From: Octopus bimaculoides
Taxonomy: Eukaryota
Direction of reading: 5' to 3'
Assembly (NCBI RefSeq): GCF_001194135.2
Contig: NC_068986.1
Coordinates: 78,666,166 to 78,711,201 of the forward strand
Length of the DNA stretch: 45,036 nucleotides
The notes under the pieces were generated by a model, which saw only the letters and a program-made list of their open reading frames with translations, was not told the DNA's origin and searched no databases. Position numbers and translations under genes: made by a program. Positions 11,351 to 23,517 of the stretch are shown here, piece after piece; position 1 is the first letter of the stretch; each line of letters begins with the position of its first letter.

Positions 11351-11550
11351 AATAATCCTTTCTACTATAGGCACAAGGCCTGAAGTTTGATTGACGGGGT
11401 AAGTCGATTACATTGACTCCACTACTTAACTGGTACTTGTTTTATCGACACGAAAAAGCAAAGTCGACCTCGACAGAATTTGAACTCAGAACCTAATGCC
11501 GCTAAACATTTTAACCGGCATGCTAACATTTCTGCCAGCTCACCACCTTC
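11351..11550 (-). mobile_element. tRNA-derived SINE family C
   Basis: Reverse complement begins GAAGGTGGTGAGCTGGCAGAAATGTTAGCATGCC and contains TTCTGAGTTCAAATT..GTCGAGGTCGACTTTGC; homologous to 17378-17590. Confidence 0.85.
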
Positions 11551-11604
11551 TAAAATCCAAAATAATGTTGTGTTTGATATAAATTCTAAATGTATTGATA
11601 ATTA

Positions 11605-11835
11605 GGAGCATAGCCTGGCGATTAGGGTGTTAGACTAATGATTGCGATTTCGAATACCAGGCTAGGTAGTGCTTTATATTCTTGAGCAAAAGATTTCATT
11701 TCACTTTGCAGTTCATTGATGTTAAAAATGAGTGTCAGCAACTGCTATAGGTTAACCATGCGGCGAACTGGTACTTTTCTTTCCGTCGTCTGTACGCCAC
11801 ACAAACCGGATAAGCTGTCCTGTAGGTCGTGATGA
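11605..11835 (+). mobile_element. Degenerate tRNA-head SINE with CORE-like centre and GCGATGGACTGG-type tail (family E)
   Basis: GGAGCATAGCCTGGCGATTAGGGTG (A-box-like), GATTTCGAATACC (B-box-like), TTCTTGAGCAAAAG..TTCATTTCAC centre, tail TACGCCACACAAACCGG similar to 40317-40335. Confidence 0.55.
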
Positions 11836-12989
11836 ACATTAGATATTAAATATGATGCTATTTTGATAATAAAGTCGTTTTCATTGCTTTTTCCCCGAAT
11901 TAACAGCTTTACTCTTCTTACACTAGATTCATTTTAATTGGTTAAAAATAAATTCTAGCTCTATTAGCTACAATAATATCGTATTATATATTATATATTT
12001 CATTTTGTTTGTCGCGAAATTTTTGTAAAAGAAATTCATATTCGTGTTTTTTTTTAGTATGACTACACATTCTTAATGCCAAGAATCGTTTTAGGTAAGT
12101 TACTGCATCTCTTTAGAAGTACGAAATTATAAATATGTTAAAGAGTGTTGTTTGAAATCTTATAATTCGAAATAATTTTAATCAATATAATTTTCTTTCT
12201 TAGTGAAACGAGAGGAAAGTATAACGGTAGTTGTTAGTGATTCTAAAATAAAAGAGAAGATAATTCTCAACAGACATAAAATTATTTTCTTATAGAACAT
12301 ACATGTTTAGGAAGAAGAAAGTGTATCTTCGTTTACAAACAAAAGATAACTCTAGATATCTTTCAGCCCATTAAACTTCGTCAGCAAAATAAACTCTAAT
12401 CCAGCCAACTGTGAACATTTTTAGGTATGGAAAGTGTAACAGATATTTCTGACCAGAATAATTTACATAGTTATAAATAAAATAACTACGAAAATAACTC
12501 AAATGTTCTAATGACATGAATTTCCAAAATTAAATTAAAGTGTGATATGTGGAAAGTTCCTATTGAATAATTCAAATTCCTCTTTTCATTGGAGAAAGAA
12601 AACACAAAATTAGCGGCAATTGTTTGTAACTCTCATAGATAAAAGAAGATAATAACGAGACATTAAGAGTTAAATTCACAATTTAGTTTACATGCTTAGC
12701 GAAATAAAGATATTTTTATTTCCAGCTTCCTGATGTGTACAGTCATTTTGGATGCATAAACATATTTGAATTTGCTTTATTTATTCAAAATAGAGATAAT
12801 ACGTGATAATAATCTTAATGCTTTACCTTAGAATTGTTGTTTAGCCTCAAATCAACCTTGATTAAACGGTGTTTTAATAAAAGATACCGATAAAAGTTCG
12901 CTTGTATGGCAACAAACAAGATAAGCCCTAAAGCTCGCGACGCACATAAGATATTAAGTATTGCCCTATTCTCGTAATATATTCTTTTT

Positions 12990-13152
12990 ATTCGTCTGTC
13001 TTTACGTTCTGAGTTCAAATTCCACCGAGGTCGACTTTGTCTTTCATACTTTCGAGGGCGATAAATTAAGTACCAGTTGTGTACTGGGGTCGATCTAATC
13101 GACTAGCACCCTCCACAAAAATTTCGGGCTTTGTGCCTACAGTAAGAAAGAA
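12990..13152 (+). mobile_element. SINE family C, 5'-truncated
   Basis: TTCTGAGTTCAAATTCCACCGAGGTCGACTTTGTCTTTCAT...GATAAATTAAGTACCAGTTGTGTACTGGGGTCGATCTAATCGACT...TTGTGCCTAC. Confidence 0.85.
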
Positions 13153-13304
13153 TATATTCTTTTTATTAAATTTTTGTATTTTCATCTGTATTAACAACAT
13201 TACTATTCTTATTATAGAACCACCTAAAGTGGTTATAAAGATATTTAAGATACTCTGTATAATTAACATGGAAATGACAATATTACCTACAATGTTTTTT
13301 GTTG

Positions 13305-13520
13305 CTTTCATTTAGGCTCCTCTCTCAGGTTAGCCATAATCGAGCAAATCTATAAACGAAGGTATTCCAGGCGTGACCCTACCGTTTTTTGGACGGTATC
13401 TACAATTACAGCAGACAACGTGCTCTTTTTCTTTTTTAAATCGGTAATGGACATTTGAGAAATATTTCACTGGTAATACTAGAGGTAATCAGAACACTGT
13501 GACTCGCTCGATAGTTCGGT
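13305..13520 (-). mobile_element. Degenerate repeat family G
   Basis: ATCGAGCAAATCTAT...AAGGTATTCCAGGCGTGACCCTACCGT resembles blocks at 22870-22905 and 42950-42990. Confidence 0.4.
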
Positions 13521-14538
13521 GGAGATCAGTCATTTAATACAATAGAGTGCCTAAATAAGCACCTTACCGTATGTAACTCTGTTTATCTGCGTTGTGAATA
13601 GAAACATTGAAGTGGTTTGATTTGCCTTACAGTACTCTAGGATTGATAGAAGAAAAAAATATACTAATTATTTAAAATATTACGACTCGACGCCGAAGCT
13701 TCTAAAACACAGCCTTAAAAGCACTAAATTCCAATATTCATACCTCATAAGATTTAATTTTAATTTTAGCATAAAAAATGCATAGAAAATTCTAGCAAAA
13801 AATGGAAGTGTGAGCCAGACGACTGGAATAACAAGTGAGTTCTTCGAAGAGGAGTACGATAAGATTTAAACATATATACACAGGGGTGTTATCCCCGGCG
13901 TCGTACTGGCTCGCATACACAATGATGACTGGAGTTGAAGTGCTTCCACATATTTCCTACAATGTAATATTCATTTAGTAATAGTTATTGAATATTTCTT
14001 GTCCGTTTAGAGATGATAGCTTCATTAGAAACAATATTAATTGCTTTGTTGAATGACTCTTTAACATTCTTGCTATAATTATTGAATTATTTGGATTCAA
14101 GCAAGATTTTGGCTTTAAGAAATCTGGAAGAACAGAAGATATCTGTGTGTTACATAATTATTATGCAACTGATGTAAACATCAGGTGCCATAGCTTCAGG
14201 TCATCTGAAATTCTATGCTAGAAATTTAGAGTGCGCATGTATATGTGCATGTGTATACATATATGCATGCATACAAACACACATATATACATACATATAC
14301 ACACATACATATATATGCATACATTTAGCTTCTTGAATGAACAAGTATTTATATTCATGCGAACCTCGTAAATGAGCCTGTTCTCTTGATATTGTTTTGA
14401 GAAACGTTTTCCAAGTTCGAGATGTAAGCGTAACTTAATTGTAATTTATTTTTAGGCTGTGGTTTAAAAATGTTATCTACAACTATCTTATGGTTGGCTG
14501 GTAAGTGCTTGACGTTACAGTCTGAAATATAAATGTGC

Positions 14539-14572
<34 letters not shown>

Positions 14573-14787
14573 NNNNNNNNNNNNNNNNNNNNNNNNNNNN
14601 NNNNNNNNNNNNNNNNNNNNNNNNNNNNNNNNNNNNNNNNNNNNNNNNNNNNNNNNNNNNNNNNNNNNNNNNNNNNNNNNNNNNNNNNNNNNNNNNNNNN
14701 NNNNNNNNNNNNNNNNNNNNNNNNNNNNNNNNNNNNNNNNNNNNNNNNNNNNNNNNNNNNNNNNNNNNNNNNNNNNNNNNNNNNNNN

Positions 14788-14837
<50 letters not shown>

Positions 14838-15778
14838 TCATTCATATATAGATATGTATGTCTATATATACACATATATATACTCATTCATATATTTGTG
14901 TATGTATAGTATACGTATATTGTGTATAACATATCATACTTCTCTCCCTCTCTATCTATCTATATCACAGAACCTCCCAGAACTATACACCAGTATCTAG
15001 GCATTATCTAATAATTATGTTATCTATTATGAAAACAAAAAAATACCCAAGTAAGCGATTCCTACAAACTATGAATCCACTGTACAAGAATGAAGCACAA
15101 CTGAGAATAACGAGACAAATATATAAGAAATTACCAACCGAACATATGTGATTCACAACATCAGCTGCACAAACGGGTCACACTATGGTTTCGACACCTG
15201 TGTAGTACCACTTAACCCGGTAGTGTCTACAGCATTAAAAATATAAACGTTGCCTGGAAATTCAGCAGCTTATTACTATAAGTAACAACATCAGAGTAAA
15301 CAAATAATGATAATTTATAACTACAAAATAGTACTTATAAATAACAAAGATCTAATTCCAAAAAAGGACATTCAGACAATACAATAAGCATAGACCATTA
15401 GATACTTTGTTTCTTGATAACATCTCATCACGAACTTGATATAAATATACCTAAAAGGAGCCTAATAATAATTAATTGAACAGTACATCTCGTAAACAAC
15501 GTCCACGAACTGTGTGCCAGACAAATGACAGGTTTAGATCAATACATATGAGACAAGTTCAATACTATAAAATATATTAACCAAATCAATAGTTTATTAA
15601 AAGTAAAACGACAAGAAGGGGAAATAGAATAAAATTTTTAAAAATTACACACATATATATAATTAAAAACAAATAATTAGTAGCACGTGCTAACTACAAA
15701 GGGACTATGGTTAATTCATTATGATTAAACGGCCAACGAGCTTGTTACTTAGAAACAACTAAAATTACTCCAATTATA

Positions 15779-15831
<53 letters not shown>

Positions 15832-16856
15832 TTAAACCAACTTACACAAATAAAAACTATAAACATTGAATGCTATTAAAAACAAATTCTATCGAAATAA
15901 TGTTACCTATAACAAAACACCATGAGTTGCAGAGAAATTGACAGAGGTAGTACTCAGGCCTTAACCCTACGCTGCCAAAGACCGAAAGATCGACATCTGT
16001 CAATAAGCGGAAGTCAATCCTAACTATCCAACAAAAGTGACGAATAACAAATATTTAGCGGAAGTGGTGTTGTAACAACAATGAACGACAACCAATTACC
16101 AAAACTTTCTAAACTGTAAAGGAAAAAAATAAATAAATAAATAAATAATGCTCCTTACAATTTCAGGCTCAACTGTAGACTTGAGATCATTCCATACTTT
16201 CTCACCGTGTTTACATAAATAACTGTTAAAACATTTAGCCAAACTTATACAACTGTAATCGTGTTTTTCCATGGTCGTCTTTAACCCTATTCAAAAACAT
16301 TCCAACTTTATTTATAATTCAACCATAATTAATAACTTGACTGGAAAACACATTAAAACCCATCCAAAGAGGAATTCTGCTATCCCCTCAAGGCAACGAC
16401 GTAATGCAGAAACTAAAACTATCATTCTTATAAATACTTGCCTCGACCTTCCCATCTGCACCAACTATTCTTGCATCTAAATAGTTAACCTCTTTTACGG
16501 ATTCACCATTTTTATTTGCCTAGAAATCCACCGGATATATTTTCTTCATCAAATATTGAAATTCCCATAGTTAGGAATAAGAATTTAATTGATATATCTG
16601 CAGCATCCACTGAGTTGTTTGACCAAACCTATCTTTTTCCTTCGGTATAGATCATTAAGGAAGTTGAACTCACATGAAGATAACTACAAATCCGTTATCA
16701 CAAGGCTTTACTTAATACCTATCGGAATCCCCTCGATTTTCTAAAATCTTTCCCAGAAAATGTAATAAACACGTTATTAACTATAGAGCTCACCATCTTC
16801 TTTAGTCTACTTTAGTCTAAAACATATATAACCATTATCTTTAGTCAAAAATACTT

Positions 16857-16905
16857 ACTCTTTTATTCGTTTCAGCTATGCGGCTGTGGTTATGCTGGAG
16901 CACCC
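16857..16905 (+). mobile_element. Short SINE 3'-tail fragment inserted in the PLE (element oriented on the minus strand as read GGTGCTCCAGCAT...GAAAC.AATAAAAGA)
   Basis: TACTCTTTTATTCGTTTCAGCTATGCGGCTGTGGTTATGCTGGAGCACC matches the terminal block at 35202-35255 and, reversed, 23665-23715. Confidence 0.65.
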
Positions 16906-17377
16906 CCATTTCTGATAGAAATATATCTGTAGACTTTATTGAATACAATATCAATTATACTAAATATACTTTCTTTCACTCTTTTCAGATAAGGTTAGTA
17001 TGCATTGTAGAGAAGTAATATACATGCATGATAATAGTTTTTACACTTAACGGTTTGTTTAAAACATCTTTACTGGACCTTATTCTCGAAAAAAAGCTTA
17101 TTTCAGATTTGTTAAAGATTCGTTTGCAGTACCTCATAAAGTACGACGTAACAACATTCAAAGCTTCATTAATCGATAAAAATAGTATATAGCACCTGCG
17201 ATGCACTTTCTTTTATACGGCACCTTGGGTAATTTAGGAATGATAATAATAAAAAAAGGGATAACCATATCCTTCCACTTCAGAAACACTCGACCTTTCC
17301 ACCTCAGGATCAAATTTCCTTATCACCTCGGTAGGTTCATCCGATACTATACTATATGTATTATTACCATTAAAGTT

Positions 17378-17590
17378 AAGGTGGTGAGCTGGCAGAATCG
17401 TTAGCACGCCAAGCGAAATAGCAGTATTTCGTCTGTCACTACATTCTATGTTCAAATTTCGCCGAGGTTGACTTTGCCTTTCATCCTTCCGTGGTCGATA
17501 AATTAAGTACTAGTAAATCACTGGGGTCGATGTCATCGACTTATCCCCTCCCGAAAATTGCTACCCTTGTGTCAAAATTTGAAACCATTA
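17378..17590 (+). mobile_element. Full-length SINE family C nested in the PLE RT
   Basis: AAGGTGGTGAGCTGGCAGAATCGTTAGCACGCC head, TATGTTCAAATTTCGCCGAGGTTGACTTTGCC, ACTGGGGTCGATGTCATCGACT, tail CTTGTGTCAAAATTTGAAACCATTA; PLE motifs continue on both sides. Confidence 0.88.
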
Positions 17591-18295
17591 TTGCCCTTAA
17601 GCCATAGTTGCTATCTAATCCTAACTCGTACCTTTACATAATATTTTTTTACAAATGAAAACACAATTCCCAGACGCTTTATCCGCCCCTACTATACCAT
17701 ACGTGTCATGCAATTCTCTAATGTCTTCCTTAGTCTCAGGCTTGCTTAAGACTAATTGGTTTCCTAACGAGTTCTACATCCTTCTAATACGTCTCAGCAA
17801 CACACTCACTTGTTATTCTACTCCAACAGTTATGAAATTCCTCTAGTGTAACCTTATACTTAAGACTTAAATATGAAATCGCTAATCGATTGTAAAATAA
17901 CCTCCTCTAACCTATGCTTACTAATCCCACAAGGTTTCCTATATTTCGTGCCTTTCATCATGATTCTTCTCAGATTCTCACTTTTAATAACATCCAAATT
18001 TACAGTATACAAATGCCCAACTTCATTATAGCAGAATTCAGATTTATCGCAATCATACGTTCCCAGATAAATGCTCCTGAAACATTCTAGATTAGCGTAC
18101 AACAAAAGCTTACTGTAGTTGAATTACCGATATTCCGACCTAGTCTATAGTTAATACATATACTTACATGTATTTAAACAAATATCACCAATAGAGCTAC
18201 TGATGTAAGTTACCATCAGGTATTCCATTTTAACTTTATTTGTTTTCTTCTTCGCCGCTTTAATCAATCTATTACAGAAACTATCAACTGAAAAG

Positions 18296-18505
<210 letters not shown>

Positions 18506-18651
18506 TAGCAAAAGAACAATTGGTTTGTCTATATAGGTCAGTATTCGGTCAAGAAGAAAAATAGTTTGGAGTAATTCGAACAGCTGAGCAGAAGTTAATA
18601 TTTTGTTCAATGAAATGTTGTTTCGATTAGATTTTGAGATAAAAATGTTCT

Positions 18652-19105
18652 GCAGTCGTGGCTGCATGGATAAGAAGCTTGTTTTCCAGCCGTGTGGTCT
18701 TCAATTAAGTCCTCTACGTGCTGTACCTTGTGTGAACATCTTCTACTATAACCCGGGGTCGACCAAAACCTTGTGAATGAATTTGGTTGACGGCAACTGA
18801 AAAGAGCCCATCGTATATATATATATATATATATTTATTCTTTTACACGTTTCATCCCTAAGGCTGTATATATATGGAGGGGTCGCATTCTTGTGTACGC
18901 GTGTGTTTGTTCCCCTCCATCGCTTGAAAACTGCAGTTGGTTTCTTTATGTTCCCATAATTTAACGGTTCGCCAAAAGAAAACGATAAGGTAAGTAGCAG
19001 ACTTTAAAAAATAAGTACTAGGGTTGATTCGTCTGACTAAAGTCCCTTGAAGACGCTGGCACAGAATGGTCGCAGTCCAGTGACTGAAACAAATAAAAGA
19101 TTAAA
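18652..19105 (+). mobile_element. Composite SINE family A: tRNA head and core, internal (TA)/(TG) tract, 3' module
   Basis: Head GCAGTCGTGGCTGCATGGATAAGAAGCTTG, core to GACGGCAACTGAAAAGAGCCCATCG, microsatellite, then CCATCGCTTGA...ACGGTTCGCCAAAAG...ATAAGTACTAGGGTTGAT...GTCGCAGTCCAGTGACTGAAACAAATAAAAG; same order at 23281-23715. Confidence 0.8.
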
Positions 19106-19795
19106 GTACATGTGAGTGTGTGAATGTATATATCTAAAGAAGCGAATTTGAAACCATGGAAATATTTCGGTAGAAACAGAGACCAACTAAAAATTATATT
19201 TACAATATTCTCTATATAAATCACATTATAAGTATTAGATAAAAGTTAAGAACCTAAAATATAAAGTCGTAGTAATTATATAAACGTTGTATGATTCAGG
19301 CTGCATATAAAATCTAATAAGATTACTTAATATCATAAAAAGAACATTGAAATCGGTGTAAAGGATGAAAGAAATGTGTTTTAAGAAAATATATTACGCT
19401 AACTATAGAGTAACTTAATTATAGAGACTCTAAGGTTAATTATACTAAAGTTGGCCTGAAGTCTTATAGTAAGAAAATAACTTAACCATCACCATACATG
19501 AACGGGAATTAGTTCTAAGGGGAACGAAGTAAATATACATAAAAAGCAATTATGGTAATTTGAAAATTTTCAAGTAAATTATTAATGATAAGTCAAAGGG
19601 GCTACATTTTGAATAAAAGTCAGCTGGGAGCTCTTTAAAGCACAACGATACGATATGGCGCAGCTGTTTGGACGCTGAAGAACTGGCAAAGGCGACAGGA
19701 TATTCAACCTGTTTTGGTGACAATACTTTTTAGTGCTGGAAGCAGACATGCACAGATAGGTATGCACACACTCAAGTGCGCGCAGGTATGTGTAT

Positions 19796-19880
<85 letters not shown>

Positions 19881-20867
19881 NNNNNNNNNNNNNNNNNNNN
19901 NNNNNNNNNNNNNNNNNNNNNNNNNNNNNNNNNNNNNNNNNNNNNNNNNNNNNNNNNNNNNNNNNNNNNNNNNNNNNNNNNNNNNNNNNNNNNNNNNNNN
20001 NNNNNNNNNNNNNNNNNNNNNNNNNNNNNNNNNNNNNNNNNNNNNNNNNNNNNNNNNNNNNNNNNNNNNNNNNNNNNNNNNNNNNNNNNNNNNNNNNNNN
20101 NNNNNNNNNNNNNNNNNNNNNNNNNNNNNNNNNNNNNNNNNNNNNNNNNNNNNNNNNNNNNNNNNNNNNNNNNNNNNNNNNNNNNNNNNNNNNNNNNNNN
20201 NNNNNGAGAGAGAGAGAGAGAGAGAGGGGGGGAAGCAGAAAAATATTAAAACGAAACAAACATGTCAAATGAGTAATCGTCCACTCTACGACGACAAATA
20301 AACTGTGGCAAAACGTTTCATACCCAACGTACAGCTTTGTTAACTGTGGGAGATGTATGTTGCGATATGGTTGTACGAATCTATACAGTAGGGTTTTATT
20401 TCCACCGACATGCATGCTTACTGCACATTTTTAGAAATTTGTATTTACAGGTGCACTCATACTGATGCAAAAACCTTGAAATATCTATATATCTATATGT
20501 GTGGGTGTATTTGTGTGTATGCGCGTATGTATGTGCGTGTGTGTGTTTGTGTGTTGTATGTGTGCGTGTGTGTATTTGTGTGTGTGAGTGTGCATGTGTA
20601 TGTGTCTGCGTGTGCATATATGTGCATGTGTGTGTGTGTGCGCTCGTTCGCTAGAGGCTATTACTGTAAAGCAAGTTTAGTTTAAAAATAACAAAGGAAT
20701 ATTTACTGATACGTGATCTGAATACTTACCGTCGAGAAAAAATTATAAACTGAGTTGACCGGAAGTTCAAATTTTATCTAAAAGCTTATATAGCCAAACT
20801 GGTTAAATCAGATGTTAGATATATACATACACACACACACACACACACACACACCACACACACACAC

Positions 20868-20909
<42 letters not shown>

Positions 20910-21409
20910 TTATTTATTTATTTATATATATGCATGTAAGTATGTATATTTATATATGGATGCTTCTATATGTATGTATATGTATGTATGCATGTATGTA
21001 TCTATGATAATATATATATNNNNNNNNNNNNNNNNNNNNNNNNNNNNNNNNNNNNNNNNNNNNNNNNNNNNNNNNNNNNNNNNNNNNNNNNNNNNNNNNN
21101 NNNNNNNNNNNNNNNNNNNNNNNNNNNNNNNNNNNNNNNNNNNNNNNNNNNNNNNNNNNNNNNNNNNNNNNNNNNNNNNNNNNNNNNNNNNNNNNNNNNN
21201 NNNNNNNNNNNNNNNNNNNNNNNNNNNNNNNNNNNNNNNNNNNNNNNNNNNNNNNNNNNNNNNNNNNNNNNNNNNNNNNNNNNNNNNNNNNNNNNNNNNN
21301 NNNNNNNNNNNNNNNNNNNNNNNNNNNNNNNNNNNNNNNNNNNNNNNNNNNNNNNNNNNNNNNNNNNNNNNNNNNNNNNNNNNNNNNNNNNNNNNNNNNN
21401 NNNNNNNNN

Positions 21410-21735
21410 TGGGTTAAGTATGAAATTTATAGTAAGGTATATGGTAAATTTGACCGCTGCTCATTTTGCGCCATTATTATATTTTGACAATCTTCATTTT
21501 TTGTTAGAAAGCTGACACATCTATTTTTTTATTCTAACTCATTTTCTGCTTTATAAAGAATTTATGAATCATTGTTTCATATTTTTGTTTAGAGTCGGAA
21601 ATTCGTACAGTTTAGAAATATGAGTTCTTTCTTAGAAATACAGCATCACAGACAGCACGGAATATTAATGGAGTATTTCATTCTAATGTTATTAAACAGC
21701 AGACAATATCAAATTGGTTTGCAAAATTTCGTTTT
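21410..21735 (+). mobile_element. 5' fragment of the mariner at 23729-25137, inverted orientation
   Basis: GTATGAAATTT...GGTAAATTTGACCGCTGCTCATTTTGC.CCATTATTATATTTTGACAATCTT...GAAAGCTGACACATC...TCGGAAATTCGTACAGTTT.AGAAATATGAGTTCTTTCTT.GAAATACAGCATCACAGACAGCACGGAATATTAATGGAG matches the reverse complement of 24640-25125. Confidence 0.92.
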
Positions 21736-23280
21736 GGCTCATCTCTACAGAGCCATTTTTTATTCCCTGCTTATTCTAGGTCATACGGGGGTGATTGCAT
21801 ATTCAGAATCTCCCATATGTAAATTGTAGGAATACGAAGATTTTTGTACTGAAAAATTGCCGGTGGGGGGGGGGGAATTCATTGCNNNNNNNNNNGGGGG
21901 GGGGGGGGAATTCATTGCATGCCCAACTCCGGAAGTCACCGCATTCCAATGATACATAAATATATAAATACATGCATACATACATACACACACACATATA
22001 TAAATATAAGTAAAAAACATATATATAAATATAAATATAAGTAAGAAACATATATATAAATGTTTTTAACTTACTTTAAAACGAGAACTATGCAAGGCAT
22101 AAGGCATAACTCAGGTCAATCGTTTCTAGTTTAACTTTCTACTTCAGCAGTTAGGAATTGCAACCCTTCTCTACAACACCATATCTCCGAGAAAAGTCCT
22201 AGCCTTGGAATACTCAAACATAAAGTAAAAGTACAAACCTCTCCTTGTATTGCTTTTCAGAACTCGCATTATTTTGGCATTAATAAAAATGAAAAGACGT
22301 TTATCTGTAATAGACAATGCTTAATGCAAACTATACATAAACATACTACCCCTCATACACACATATCTATTCGTGAATGTTTGCATAATTAAGACTGCGC
22401 ATCCTTTGGTAATATATGAGCCTACGATTTTTAGATTGTGACATATACTGATATTATTGTTGATTACAGCTCTGAAACTTTTAATGAGAAACGAATAAAA
22501 ATAAATAAATCCCCAAAAGGTATGAAAAACAAAATTGAACAAATGTTTTGCTAATGTTGATTTCTGTGTTATAATGGGAATTCCTATTTACAACACTTCG
22601 TTGTTTTAACAGTTGAGAAAGTCAATAATTTCATTAGCACTCATCTAGATTAGTTGCTGCCTTTGTCTTAAGAGGCATTTTTGAATTAAAATGATTGTTC
22701 AGTCTCTGCTAATAGACTGTACAATGTTTTTACTTGATTGAAGTCTTAGATAATCAACACGAATATAGCATCCACATGAATCTACACAGAATTTATTATT
22801 ATCAGGGTCAGCGTTCCTTTGCCACTATTTGTTAAATGACTTTACTTATTCATGTCCACCTAAAAGGGCAACTATGATCAAAAGCATTCCAGTTGTGACC
22901 ATTTTTCCTTGTTTCTGACAGGGTATCTAGGAACACGTTGTTTATAGTAGTGTGAGTAACTGCAGATGATGATCATGGCAATGATGATTATGATGGTGTT
23001 TAGACGATCGTAATAATCATGATAGTAGTAGTGGTGATATTGGTGGAGATGGCGAAGATAAATATGTAGAAAGATGACACTAACTCATGCAACGAAGATA
23101 TAAAACAGATTAAGAGAACAGCCATGGCAGTAGAGGTGTTGCTGTCGCCGCGGGTACCGTTACCACTGATATTGTACAATAAGATTGATGATGGAGGAGA
23201 TGATGATGTTGTGCGGTGATGGGAAAAGGTTTTTATAAGGTGGAAGAACAACCTCAAGAGGTAAAGTGTAAGTGCTATGA

Positions 23281-23431
23281 AAGCGTGTGCTGAAGAAGCT
23301 CGCCTTTTCAACCATGTGTTTTAGGGTGTAGTTTCACTGCGTGGCACTTTGAGCAAGTGTCCTTTACTATAACCCCTGGTCGACCAAAGAACTGAGCGTA
23401 AATTTGGTAGACGGAAACTGAAAGAAACCTT

Positions 23432-23517
<86 letters not shown>

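Larger units (their letters stand above)
16150..18290 (-). pseudogene. Near-complete Penelope-like element reverse transcriptase remnant (Naiad-like by motif recollection), interrupted by two SINE insertions
   Basis: Ordered minus-strand motifs: FNYSKLL; YDCDKSEFCYNEVGHLYTVNLDVIKSENLRRIMMKGTKYRKP (17938-18060); RELHDTYGIVGADKASGNCVFICKKYY (ADKAS 17669-17686); IPKLPKVPYKRKCIAG; YFSTMHTNL (16996-17017); VNNVFITFSGKDFR-GIPIG (16717-16731); GCCRYIN* (decayed RYIDD, 16585-16599); IYP...VNYLDARIVGADGKVEASIYKNDSFSFCITSLP*GDSRIP...FSSQVINYG*I. Many stops and frameshifts. Confidence 0.88.

Noticed and set aside
15185-15235. Minus-strand GACAC...GTGTC-GAAAC about 950 nt past the PLE thumb as a possible HHR
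   Set aside because: Core would be CTGTA (two bases short) and no UH triplet or stem I is present.
15681-15692. 12-bp palindrome TAGCACGTGCTA with an E-box; CGGAAGT ETS-like motifs near 16007, 16058, 20760 and 21929
   Set aside because: Short motifs expected by chance; no promoter context or gene.
19590-19765. GC-richer island with protein-like frames (EYPVAFASSSASKQLRHIVSLCFKELP on -, ELFKA..IRYGAAVWTLK on +) and an AG|GTATGC donor-like site
   Set aside because: No consistent acceptor, frame and donor set and no confident homology; may be a very old LINE fragment. BLASTX and RNA-seq would decide.
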